Below, piece by piece: positions 38,077 through 48,207 of a DNA stretch of 64,000 nt. Numbering within the stretch: the stretch's first letter is position 1; every line of letters begins with the position of its first letter. The notes under the pieces were generated by a model that did not search any database, was not told where the DNA came from, and saw only the letters and a list, made by a program, of their open reading frames with translations. Location of the stretch: positions 1,712 through 65,711 of IMG/VR virus record IMGVR_UViG_3300012000_000013. One strand, written 5' to 3'. This DNA is from a virus (lineage: Duplodnaviria > Caudoviricetes). The translations under genes were made by a program, and so were the position numbers.

Positions 38077-40236
38077 ATGTCAACACAAGTCCAATTTCGT
38101 AGAGGTACAACAGCTCAGACCGCATCATTTACTGGTGTAACGGCTGAGATTACTGTTGATACCACAAAAAATACAGTCGTTGTCCATGATGGGTCAACTG
38201 CTGGTGGCTTTGCTTTAGCTAGAGAAAATTCAAGTAATACTGCTGGTTCTTATGCCAACTCTGCATATGCCACCGCTAACTCGGCACAGTCATATGCTAA
38301 CTCTGCTTTTGCAACTGCTAACACTTCTGCAGCTGCTGGTTCTTATAGTAACTCTGCATTTGGTGTTGCCAATTCAGCAGCCAGTTATGCAAATAGTGGA
38401 TTTGCCGTTGCTAACTCAGCATCTTTATATGCCAATTCAGCATTTTTAACTGCAAACAATTCTGCTGGTGTAAATCTAACTCAAAACACCAACATAACAA
38501 ATGCTGGTACTTACGCTAACTCAGCATTCCTTGCCGCTAATACTCCAAGTCATGTAGCAAATTCAGCTGCATCATACGCTAATGGTGCTTTCACTAGAGC
38601 CAACAATAGTATCAATGCAAATACTGGTGGTACAATATCTGGTAATCTTGTAATTGCTGGTGCAAACCTTGTTGTTGCCAATGGTGCAACAGAAGTTTTT
38701 AATGTTAGAAGTTGGAGCACTTCAGGTTTAGCTTCTACATCCAATTCAACTGGTACTGTAACAATTACCGGTGGTGTTGGTGTAAAAGGTAATATTTACG
38801 CTGATGCTGTCTTTGATGGTGATATTGAAATTATAGCATATGCTAATACTGCTTTCTTAGCTGCTAATACCCCAAGTCATGTTGCCAATTCAGCGGCCAG
38901 TTATGCTAATTCTGGTTTTGCCGTAGCAAATTCAGCTGCAAGTTATGCTAACTCTGCTTTCATAGTTGCTAATAATAGTTTAGGTATTGATACTACACAG
39001 AACACCAACATCACAAATGTTGGAACTTATGCCAACTCAGCATTTTTAACCGCTAATACTCCAACTCATGTAGCAAATTCAGCTGCAAGTTACGCCAATT
39101 CAGGATTTGCAGTAGCTAATAGTGGCAGTTCTTATGCTAACTCAGCATTTGCTTCTGCTAACAATTCTGCTGGCGTAAATCTAACACAGAATAATAATAT
39201 TAGTTCTGCTGCCAGTTATGCCAATTCTGCTTACACAAGAGCAAATAATTCATTAAATGCAAACACTGGCGGTTCAATCACCGGTGATATTTCAATAACT
39301 GGTAATTTAACTGTAACTGGTAATACAACTTACACCAATACAATCACAGTTTTAATTGCAGATAATATTATTACAGTTAATGCCGCAATCGACCAAGCAG
39401 CACAACCAGCAGTTAATGCTGGTATTGAAGTTGACCGTGGCGCTCAACCAAATTCTTCGTTTTTATGGATTGAAACTTCTGGTAAATGGGCAGCAAATAA
39501 CGGCAATGGTTCTATATTCATAGCGGCTGATTCGGCTGAATCATATGCAAATGGTGCTTTTGCTAAAGCTAATAATGAAGGTGGTGTTAATGCCACACAG
39601 AACACCAACATAACAAACGCTGGCACTTATGCTAATGCAGCTTTCTTAGTTGCTAATACTCCAACTCATGTAGCCAATTCAGCCGCTAGTTATGCTAATT
39701 CAGGATTTGCGGTAGCCAATTCTGGTGCAAGCTATGCTAACTCAGCATTTATAATTGCTAACAATAGTTTGGGTATTGATTTAACTCAGAATACTAACAT
39801 TACAAATGCTGGAACTTATGCTAATAGCGCCTTTGCAGCTGCTAACACAGCTGATGCCAAAGCAGTAACAGTAGGTTCATATGCCAACTCAGCATTCCTT
39901 GCTGCTAATACTCCAAGTCATGTTGCTAATAGTGCCGCTGGTTATGCTAACTCCGGTTTTGCAGTAGCTAACTCAGCTGCATCTTACGCTAACTCAGCAT
40001 TTCTTGCCGCTAATACTCCAAGTCATGTAGCAAACTCAGCTGCACTATATGCCAATGGTGCTTTTGCTCAAGCAAATACAGACTTTACAAACATTAGTAT
40101 TTCACCATCACAAACATATGGTAATTCTGGTTACTATCCTGTAATTACTATATCAGCAAATGGCAGAATTAATGCAGTTTCGACTCAAGTGGTTACTGAC
40201 CCAAGTGCTATCGCATTTGCAATTGCTCTAGGATAA
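38077..40236 (+). CDS. tail fibre protein with Mtd_N-like N-terminus, ending AIAFAIALG
   Basis: MSTQVQFRRGTTAQ..SFTG..AEITVDT-K-TVVVHDG-TAGG; long ANSA repeats; TATAAATA at 38064-38071. Confidence 0.78.
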   Translation: MSTQVQFRRGTTAQTASFTGVTAEITVDTTKNTVVVHDGSTAGGFALARENSSNTAGSYANSAYATANSAQSYANSAFATANTSAAAGSYSNSAFGVANSAASYANSGFAVANSASLYANSAFLTANNSAGVNLTQNTNITNAGTYANSAFLAANTPSHVANSAASYANGAFTRANNSINANTGGTISGNLVIAGANLVVANGATEVFNVRSWSTSGLASTSNSTGTVTITGGVGVKGNIYADAVFDGDIEIIAYANTAFLAANTPSHVANSAASYANSGFAVANSAASYANSAFIVANNSLGIDTTQNTNITNVGTYANSAFLTANTPTHVANSAASYANSGFAVANSGSSYANSAFASANNSAGVNLTQNNNISSAASYANSAYTRANNSLNANTGGSITGDISITGNLTVTGNTTYTNTITVLIADNIITVNAAIDQAAQPAVNAGIEVDRGAQPNSSFLWIETSGKWAANNGNGSIFIAADSAESYANGAFAKANNEGGVNATQNTNITNAGTYANAAFLVANTPTHVANSAASYANSGFAVANSGASYANSAFIIANNSLGIDLTQNTNITNAGTYANSAFAAANTADAKAVTVGSYANSAFLAANTPSHVANSAAGYANSGFAVANSAASYANSAFLAANTPSHVANSAALYANGAFAQANTDFTNISISPSQTYGNSGYYPVITISANGRINAVSTQVVTDPSAIAFAIALG

Positions 40237-40239
40237 AAA

Positions 40240-41193
40240 ATGGCAAAACCAGCTTCTCGTGCTCAACTAAAAGAATATTGTCTAAGAAAACTTGGTAAGC
40301 CTGTCATTGAAATCAATGTGGATGATGACCAAGTAGATGACCGTATTGATGAAGCATTAAGTTACTTTGAAGATTATCATTTTGATGGTACTGAAAAGAT
40401 TTACATGAAACATCAACTCACAGCTGAAGATATTAATCGCCGTTGGATTTATGCACCAGATGCGGTTACATTTGTAACAGGTGTATTTCCATTTGATAAT
40501 TCTAATGCATCTGTCAATATGTTTGACCTACGATATCAATTACGCTTGCATGACCTTTATGACTTTACATCGGTAAGTTATGTGTCATATGAAATTACCA
40601 TGCAACATTTAAGAACACTTCAATTATTGTTCTCTGGTACACCACAGTTTAGATTTAATCGTAAACAAAACAAAGTATTTTTAGATATAGATTGGACAAG
40701 AGATATTCAACCAGGTCAATATGTGGTTGTTGAATGTTATAGAACATTAAACCCACAAACAATTACTTTAACTGGTACTTGTGCAACAACAGCTGCTTCT
40801 AATACAGTAGTTGGAACAGGCACAATATTTGACCAACAATTGTTAGAAAATGATTTTGTTACCTTTGGTACAGAAACATTACAGATTGATAAAATTAATT
40901 CACCAACATCCATTACAGTTCGTGGCCCATTTACAACAACACAAACTGGTGCAACAATGACTGCTGCTGGTTATTCAGATGTTTGGAATGATAGATTCTT
41001 AAAGAAATATACTACTGCATTGATTAAACTTCAATGGGGTAATAATTTATCCAAATTTGCTGGCATACAAATGCCAGGTGGTGTAACACTTGATGGTGTT
41101 CGCATTATGGCCGAAGCTCGTGAAGAACTTGAAAAACTTGAAGAAGAAATGCAAGTAATCAATGTTCTTCCTGGCGAAATTATGATGGGTTGA
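40240..41193 (+). CDS. gp13: neck protein
   Basis: LKEYCLRKLGKPVIEINVDDDQ, YHFDG, QWGNNLSKF-G.QMPGGVTLDG. Confidence 0.93.
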   Translation: MAKPASRAQLKEYCLRKLGKPVIEINVDDDQVDDRIDEALSYFEDYHFDGTEKIYMKHQLTAEDINRRWIYAPDAVTFVTGVFPFDNSNASVNMFDLRYQLRLHDLYDFTSVSYVSYEITMQHLRTLQLLFSGTPQFRFNRKQNKVFLDIDWTRDIQPGQYVVVECYRTLNPQTITLTGTCATTAASNTVVGTGTIFDQQLLENDFVTFGTETLQIDKINSPTSITVRGPFTTTQTGATMTAAGYSDVWNDRFLKKYTTALIKLQWGNNLSKFAGIQMPGGVTLDGVRIMAEAREELEKLEEEMQVINVLPGEIMMG

Positions 41194-41199
41194 TAATGA

Positions 41200-42093
41200 A
41201 TGCCTACCAACTTCTACTTTAATCCTTTTCCAATAAATCAAATTACCAGCGAGCAATTGCTGGTGGAAGACCTTGTCATTGAGGCCATGCAAATCTATGG
41301 CATGGATATTTTTTATCTGCCAAGAAGTTCTCGTGATTCAGTAGATTTATTGTATGGTGAAGATACATTAAAAACATACACCTCAGCATATGCACTTGAA
41401 ATGTACCTTGAAGATGTTACTGGCATGGAAGGTGAAGGTGATTTTATGTCCAAATTTGGGCTTGAAATCCGAGATGATTTAACACTTTTGGTTTCTCGCC
41501 GTAGATTTGCATTTACTGTAAACCAACTTCGGCCAAATGAAGGTGATTTAATTTATATCCCTTTATTACAAAACTTTTTTGAAATTACTTTTGTAGAGCA
41601 TGAAAATGGTCAGGCCATGTATTACACATTAGGTCGTGGTCGTGGCGGTAATGTTTATGTGTATGCATTGAAATTAAAACAGTTTGTATTTTCTAATGAA
41701 GTTGTTGAAACAGGCAATGCTGAAATTGATGGTCAAATCAGAGATGCATACCCACGCACTCGCCTTACACTAAACGCTGGTGGTTCAGGTGCATTTGTTA
41801 ATGATGAGATTGTATTTGTAAGTCCTGATGCCACATATGCTAATGCAACAGCACAAGCTATTGTCCATGATTATACAACTGGTTCTCATGTTGATGTTTA
41901 CAGAGTTAGAGGAACATTTACATCTGGCACATTAAGAGGCAAAACCAGTAATGCAACATGGACATTGAATACTGTTTCTGATACTTCAACAATGGATGAT
42001 GCCTTTGAAGATGTGGTTGATAATAATCGTATTGAAACCGAGTCTGATGCAATTATAGACTTTACAGAACACAACCCATTTGGTGAAGCATAA
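41200..42093 (+). CDS. gp14: neck protein
   Basis: EQLLVEDLVIEA, SKFGLEIRD, RPNEGDLIY, DFTEHNPFG. Confidence 0.93.
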   Translation: MPTNFYFNPFPINQITSEQLLVEDLVIEAMQIYGMDIFYLPRSSRDSVDLLYGEDTLKTYTSAYALEMYLEDVTGMEGEGDFMSKFGLEIRDDLTLLVSRRRFAFTVNQLRPNEGDLIYIPLLQNFFEITFVEHENGQAMYYTLGRGRGGNVYVYALKLKQFVFSNEVVETGNAEIDGQIRDAYPRTRLTLNAGGSGAFVNDEIVFVSPDATYANATAQAIVHDYTTGSHVDVYRVRGTFTSGTLRGKTSNATWTLNTVSDTSTMDDAFEDVVDNNRIETESDAIIDFTEHNPFGEA

Positions 42094-43094
42094 TGTTAGG
42101 TAATGCACATTTTTATAACCGAACTATTCGCAAAGTTGTTGTTGCGTTTGGTTCTATGTTCAATGACATTCTTTTGACCCGCTATTCAAAAGATGGGTTA
42201 ACCGCATACGAAATTACCAAAGTGCCATTGTCTTATGGTGCAAAAGAAAAATACTTAGTTCGTTTACAATCTGACCCAACTCTTACAAAATCTATTGCAA
42301 CAACTGTACCTCGTATGAGTTTTGATTTGGTAGGAATGTCATACGACACCACAAGAAAACAACAAACTACATTACAGAATTTTGGCTTTAGTTCTGGTTC
42401 TTTTAGAAGCCAATATGTTCCAATTCCATATAATTTTGATTTTAATTTATCAATCTATGTAAGAAACACAGAAGATGGCACACAAATACTAGAACAAATA
42501 TTGCCATTTTTTACACCAGATTTTACAGTAACAATTGATTTCATCAAAGAGATGGATCAAAAGTATGATATGCCTGTTATTCTTAACTCAGTAAGTCCTG
42601 AAGTTGATTATGAAGGCGACTTTATGAATACTCGGTTAATTATTTGGAATCTCACATTTACTGCCAAAGGTTACATTTGGCCTCCAGTATCCGCCAATAA
42701 TTCTAGTAAATACATTACTTCAGCCAATGCAAACATATATACCGATTCTACTAACCTAGATGCACAAAAAGTATATGTTAATATGGCAACAGGTTTTGGT
42801 GTATATACCACTGGTGAAGATATTAAAGTTGAAGCCAAAGGTGTAACAGGCAAAGTATTATACTTTAGTAATACTGCGGATGGAACATTAGTATTGACAA
42901 ACTTGAATAAAAAAGTTCAAGCGAATGATAAAGTAACTGGAGTGTATTCTAATTCAACATTTACAGTTACAAGAATAGATACTTCACCAACAAAAGCGGT
43001 GGCAATTGTGGTAACGCCAAGTCCACCAACTGCAAATGGAAATGGGCCATATGGATTTGAAGAAACATTTACTGAATGGCCTGATACATTATGA
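42093..43094 (+). CDS. gp15: tail sheath stabiliser / completion protein
   Basis: HFYNRTIRK..VAFG..FN, KVPLSYG, PRMSF, QILEQILPFF-P. Confidence 0.93.
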   Translation: MLGNAHFYNRTIRKVVVAFGSMFNDILLTRYSKDGLTAYEITKVPLSYGAKEKYLVRLQSDPTLTKSIATTVPRMSFDLVGMSYDTTRKQQTTLQNFGFSSGSFRSQYVPIPYNFDFNLSIYVRNTEDGTQILEQILPFFTPDFTVTIDFIKEMDQKYDMPVILNSVSPEVDYEGDFMNTRLIIWNLTFTAKGYIWPPVSANNSSKYITSANANIYTDSTNLDAQKVYVNMATGFGVYTTGEDIKVEAKGVTGKVLYFSNTADGTLVLTNLNKKVQANDKVTGVYSNSTFTVTRIDTSPTKAVAIVVTPSPPTANGNGPYGFEETFTEWPDTL

Positions 43095-43498
43095 AAAAAT
43101 TAAACGACAATTTATCTGAGATTTTTGATATTGAACCAATGGAACAACCAGAGGTTTTGCCTGCGGTTAAACCAACCACAGAGTTAGTTGCCTCTGATGA
43201 AGTGGAAACTGACGCAGCTTTAGCAAGAAAAAACATTAAAGGTTTACTAGATAAAGGTGGTGCAGCCATAGATAATCTATTGTTAGTTGCACAAGAATCT
43301 GAGCACCCACGAGCATATGAAGTTGCCGCTAATTTTATTAAAACATTAGGTGACTTAAATAAAGACTTGTTAGAGATTCAAAAACAAAAACAAAGTTTAC
43401 GGCCAGTTGAGATAAACAACCAATCTATCAATGTAGAGAAAGCAGTATTTGTTGGATCTACCGCAGAATTACTTAAACAAATTAGAGAGAATAAATAA
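43091..43498 (+). CDS. gp16: terminase small subunit
   Basis: ESEHPRAYEV, VFVGSTAEL. Confidence 0.92.
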   Translation: MKKLNDNLSEIFDIEPMEQPEVLPAVKPTTELVASDEVETDAALARKNIKGLLDKGGAAIDNLLLVAQESEHPRAYEVAANFIKTLGDLNKDLLEIQKQKQSLRPVEINNQSINVEKAVFVGSTAELLKQIRENK

Positions 43499-43502
43499 TA
43501 CC

Positions 43503-43937
43503 ATGGAACAATTAATTGAACAAATGAAAACAATTTTAGGTACAACCTTTGGGTTGTATTTTAAGGCACACTCATACCATTGGAACATTGAGGGTCCTGA
43601 TTTTGCACAATACCATGATTTTTTAGGTAATTTTTACACTGGCGTTTTTGCCAATGTTGACCCAATCGCAGAACATATTCGTGCCTTAAATTCATATGCA
43701 CCAGTATCATTAAGTAGAATGTTAGAACTATCTGATATTGAAGAAACAGATACCGTTCCATCAGCATTAACAATGTTGTCAAATCTAAAAAATGATAACG
43801 AAAGATATATGATGCATTTGCGTGCTGGTATTGCCGCAGCTGAAGGTGCAAATGAGCCAGCCGTTGGTAATTTTCTACAAGACATTTTAGACCAACATCA
43901 AAAACAAGGTTGGATGTTAAGAAGTTTTACAAAATAA
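43503..43937 (+). CDS. dps: Dps / ferritin-like DNA protection protein
   Basis: KAHSYHWNIEGPDF..YH, D-IAEHIRAL, H-K..WML; start moved to ATG 43503 after the gp16 stop. Confidence 0.88.
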   Translation: MEQLIEQMKTILGTTFGLYFKAHSYHWNIEGPDFAQYHDFLGNFYTGVFANVDPIAEHIRALNSYAPVSLSRMLELSDIEETDTVPSALTMLSNLKNDNERYMMHLRAGIAAAEGANEPAVGNFLQDILDQHQKQGWMLRSFTK

Positions 43938-43941
43938 TTGA

Positions 43942-45627
<1,686 letters not shown>

Positions 45628-45679
45628 AAAACTAAATAGAACATAAAGAAAAATTGACCCGTAAACTAAGGAGAAATCC

Positions 45680-47593
45680 ATGGCATTTCAGCTATCACCA
45701 GGGGTAAATGTATCAGAAATCGACCTGACTACAATTGTCCCTTCCGTTGCCACCTCTATTGGTGGTATTGCTGGAAATTTCAATTGGGGTCCAGTAAATG
45801 AAGTCGTTACCGTGTCTGACGAAGTTCAACTCGTTAGTCGTTTTGGTAAACCAGACACTACAAATTATGAATACTGGTTCTCAGCTGCAAACTTCCTTGC
45901 ATATTCAAATAATTTAAAAATTGTTCGTGCTGCTAACACCACTTCTACTCTTAATGCCACAGCCAATGGTTCTGGTGTTTTGATTGAAAATCAAAGTGAT
46001 TATGTAAACAACCACGAAGGTGCAACTAATACTGCTTACGGCCCAATGTCGTCTAAATGGGCTGGCGCTTTAGGTAATAGTTTGCGTATTTCTATGTGTC
46101 CATCTTCACAAGCATATTCTGCTAACTTAACAGTTACAGATAGTCTAAGAGCAAATGCTCTCAACTATTTGACAGATGTTACCACAGTTATCAATATTAA
46201 TGGTAATGCAAATGCTGCTGCCAATATTGTTGCTGGTGATTTAATTTCTGTTGACGGTGGAACATCTTATGTTCGTGTTGCCTCTGTCAATGCAACTGCA
46301 ATTACTGTTGCAACCGCATTTACTTCAAATGTGACAGTTGGTACAGCAATCTTGCGTAAATGGCAATATGCTGACCAATTTGGTGTTGCTCCAAGCACAT
46401 CAAATTATGTATCAGATAAAGCCGGTAGTAGAGATGAAATGCATATTATTGTTGTTGATGAAGATGGTAAATTTAGTGGTACTGCAAACACAGTATTGGA
46501 AAAATATTTGTTTGTTTCTAAAGCATCTGATGCAATCAACAATGATGGTTCTTCAAACTATTATAAGACAGTATTGAATACTCAATCACAATATGTTTGG
46601 TGGTTAGGTCATCAACCTGGCGCATCTAATTGGGGAACTGCGGCTGCAGGAACAACTTACACCAATATCAACACTCCATTTACAGCATCATTAAGTGCTG
46701 GTGCAGATGGTACAATTGGTAATTCTGAAACTATTACTGCATATGGATTCTTTGCTAATCCTGATGTTGTTGATGTTTCGTTGTTAATTTCTGGTCCAGG
46801 AAATGCAACAGTAGCAGCAAGTTTGATTTCTACTGTTGAATCTCGTAAAGATGCACTAGTATTCTTGTCGCCAACCAAAGCATCTGTTGTTAACAATGCT
46901 GGTTCTGAATCAACAAGCATTCTTTCTTTCCGTGCAGGATTGACAAGTTCATCTTACGCTGTATTAGATTCTGGTTACAAATATCAATACGACAAGTATA
47001 GTGATGTGTATCGCTGGGTACCATTAAATGGTGATATTGCTGGTGTTTGTGCTCGCACAGACCTTGAGCGTGATCCATGGTTCTCACCTGGCGGTTTAAA
47101 TCGTGGTATTATTAAGAATGTTATTAAGTTGGCATACAACCCAACCAAAACTGAGCGTGATAACTTGTATGTTCAAGGTATCAATCCAGTTGTAACATTC
47201 CAAGGTGAAGGTACAATTTTGTTTGGCGACAAGACAATGTTGAATCGTCCATCAGTATTTGACCGCATCAATGTTCGCCGTTTATTCATTGTGCTTGAGA
47301 AATCTATTGCTCGTGCAGCTCGTTCAACATTGTTTGAATTCAACGACCAATTTACTCGTGCTCAGTTTGTAAACTTAGTAGAACCATACCTGCGTGATGT
47401 CCAAGGTCGCCGTGGTATTACTGACTTCCGTGTAGTTTGCGACACAACAAACAACACACCAGAAGTTATTGACAGTAATCGTTTTGTAGGCGATATCTAC
47501 ATCAAACCAGCTCGTTCAGTCAACTTTATTCAACTTAACTTTGTGGCAGTTCGCACAGGTGTTTCGTTTGAAGAAATCGTTGGCCGGTTCTAA
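45680..47593 (+). CDS. gp18: tail sheath protein
   Basis: SPGVNVSEIDLT, WFSPGG-NRG, FDRINVRRLF, IKPARSVNFI-LNF. Confidence 0.97.
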   Translation: MAFQLSPGVNVSEIDLTTIVPSVATSIGGIAGNFNWGPVNEVVTVSDEVQLVSRFGKPDTTNYEYWFSAANFLAYSNNLKIVRAANTTSTLNATANGSGVLIENQSDYVNNHEGATNTAYGPMSSKWAGALGNSLRISMCPSSQAYSANLTVTDSLRANALNYLTDVTTVININGNANAAANIVAGDLISVDGGTSYVRVASVNATAITVATAFTSNVTVGTAILRKWQYADQFGVAPSTSNYVSDKAGSRDEMHIIVVDEDGKFSGTANTVLEKYLFVSKASDAINNDGSSNYYKTVLNTQSQYVWWLGHQPGASNWGTAAAGTTYTNINTPFTASLSAGADGTIGNSETITAYGFFANPDVVDVSLLISGPGNATVAASLISTVESRKDALVFLSPTKASVVNNAGSESTSILSFRAGLTSSSYAVLDSGYKYQYDKYSDVYRWVPLNGDIAGVCARTDLERDPWFSPGGLNRGIIKNVIKLAYNPTKTERDNLYVQGINPVVTFQGEGTILFGDKTMLNRPSVFDRINVRRLFIVLEKSIARAARSTLFEFNDQFTRAQFVNLVEPYLRDVQGRRGITDFRVVCDTTNNTPEVIDSNRFVGDIYIKPARSVNFIQLNFVAVRTGVSFEEIVGRF

Positions 47594-47617
47594 TAAATAG
47601 AGAGATAGGAGAAAACA

Positions 47618-48163
47618 ATGGCATTTAATGTAAATCAATTCCGCTCTCAGATGGTAGGAGACGGTGCTCGCCCAAATTTATTTGAGGTGAGTATGCCGTT
47701 TCCTGGTTTCTCAGCACCGGGAGATGCACAACAGAAATTAACTTTCATGTGCAAAACAGCTCAGTTACCTGGCACAACAGTTGGTGTAGTTCCTGTTCAA
47801 TACTTTGGCCGCGAGTTAAAGTTTGCAGGCAACCGCACATTCCAAGATTGGACAATTACAATTATTAACGATGAAGATTTTGTTGTTCGCAATGCTTTCG
47901 AGCGTTGGTTGAATGGCATCAATAGTCATAGTTTGAATGTTCGTAGTCCAATAGCTCAGACACCTGGTAGTTACACAGTTGATTCTGATGTTACACAATT
48001 TGGTAAAGCAGGACAATCGCTTAAGAAGTATAAATTCTTAGGTGTGTTCCCAACTGATGTTGCACCAATTGATGTTGATTGGGGTTCTAACGATACTATT
48101 GAAGAATTTACCGTAACTCTGTCCTACCAGTGGTGGGAATCAGTAGAAACCGGTGTTGTGTAA
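47618..48163 (+). CDS. gp19: tail tube protein
   Basis: GARPNLFEV, GRELKFAGNRTF.DWT.TI.NDEDF, IEEFTVTL.YQWW. Confidence 0.96.
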   Translation: MAFNVNQFRSQMVGDGARPNLFEVSMPFPGFSAPGDAQQKLTFMCKTAQLPGTTVGVVPVQYFGRELKFAGNRTFQDWTITIINDEDFVVRNAFERWLNGINSHSLNVRSPIAQTPGSYTVDSDVTQFGKAGQSLKKYKFLGVFPTDVAPIDVDWGSNDTIEEFTVTLSYQWWESVETGVV

Positions 48164-48165
48164 GG

Positions 48166-48194
48166 AGAAGGACTTCGGTCCTTCTTTACTTTTT
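48166..48194 (+). terminator. Rho-independent terminator with cUUCGg loop
   Basis: AGAAGGAC-TTCG-GTCCTTCT followed by T-rich tail, after gp19. Confidence 0.88.
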
Positions 48195-48207
48195 AGGATG
48201 ATATAAA

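Larger units (their letters stand above)
23320..40080 (+). repeat. dispersed coding repeats (ANSAASY/ANSAFxx heptads) in six fibre genes
   Basis: Recurrent TATGC(T/C)AA(C/T)TC(A/T)GC units; exact 41-nt repeat at 35981-36021 and 36191-36231; 70/71-nt match between 28768-28838 and 39604-39674. Confidence 0.9.

Noticed and set aside
31500-40236. Repeats as a CRISPR array or non-coding repeat locus
   Set aside because: Units are degenerate at third codon positions, in frame within long ORFs, and lack unique spacers of constant length
28198-40236. Diversity-generating retroelement suggested by the Mtd_N-like domain and repeats
   Set aside because: No reverse transcriptase in the window and no TR/VR pair with adenine-specific mismatches was seen; shared repeats lie in stalks, not tips
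43449-43502. Longer Dps start given by the ORF track
   Set aside because: Overlaps gp16 by 50 nt; ATG 43503 fits the Dps length and promoter position better
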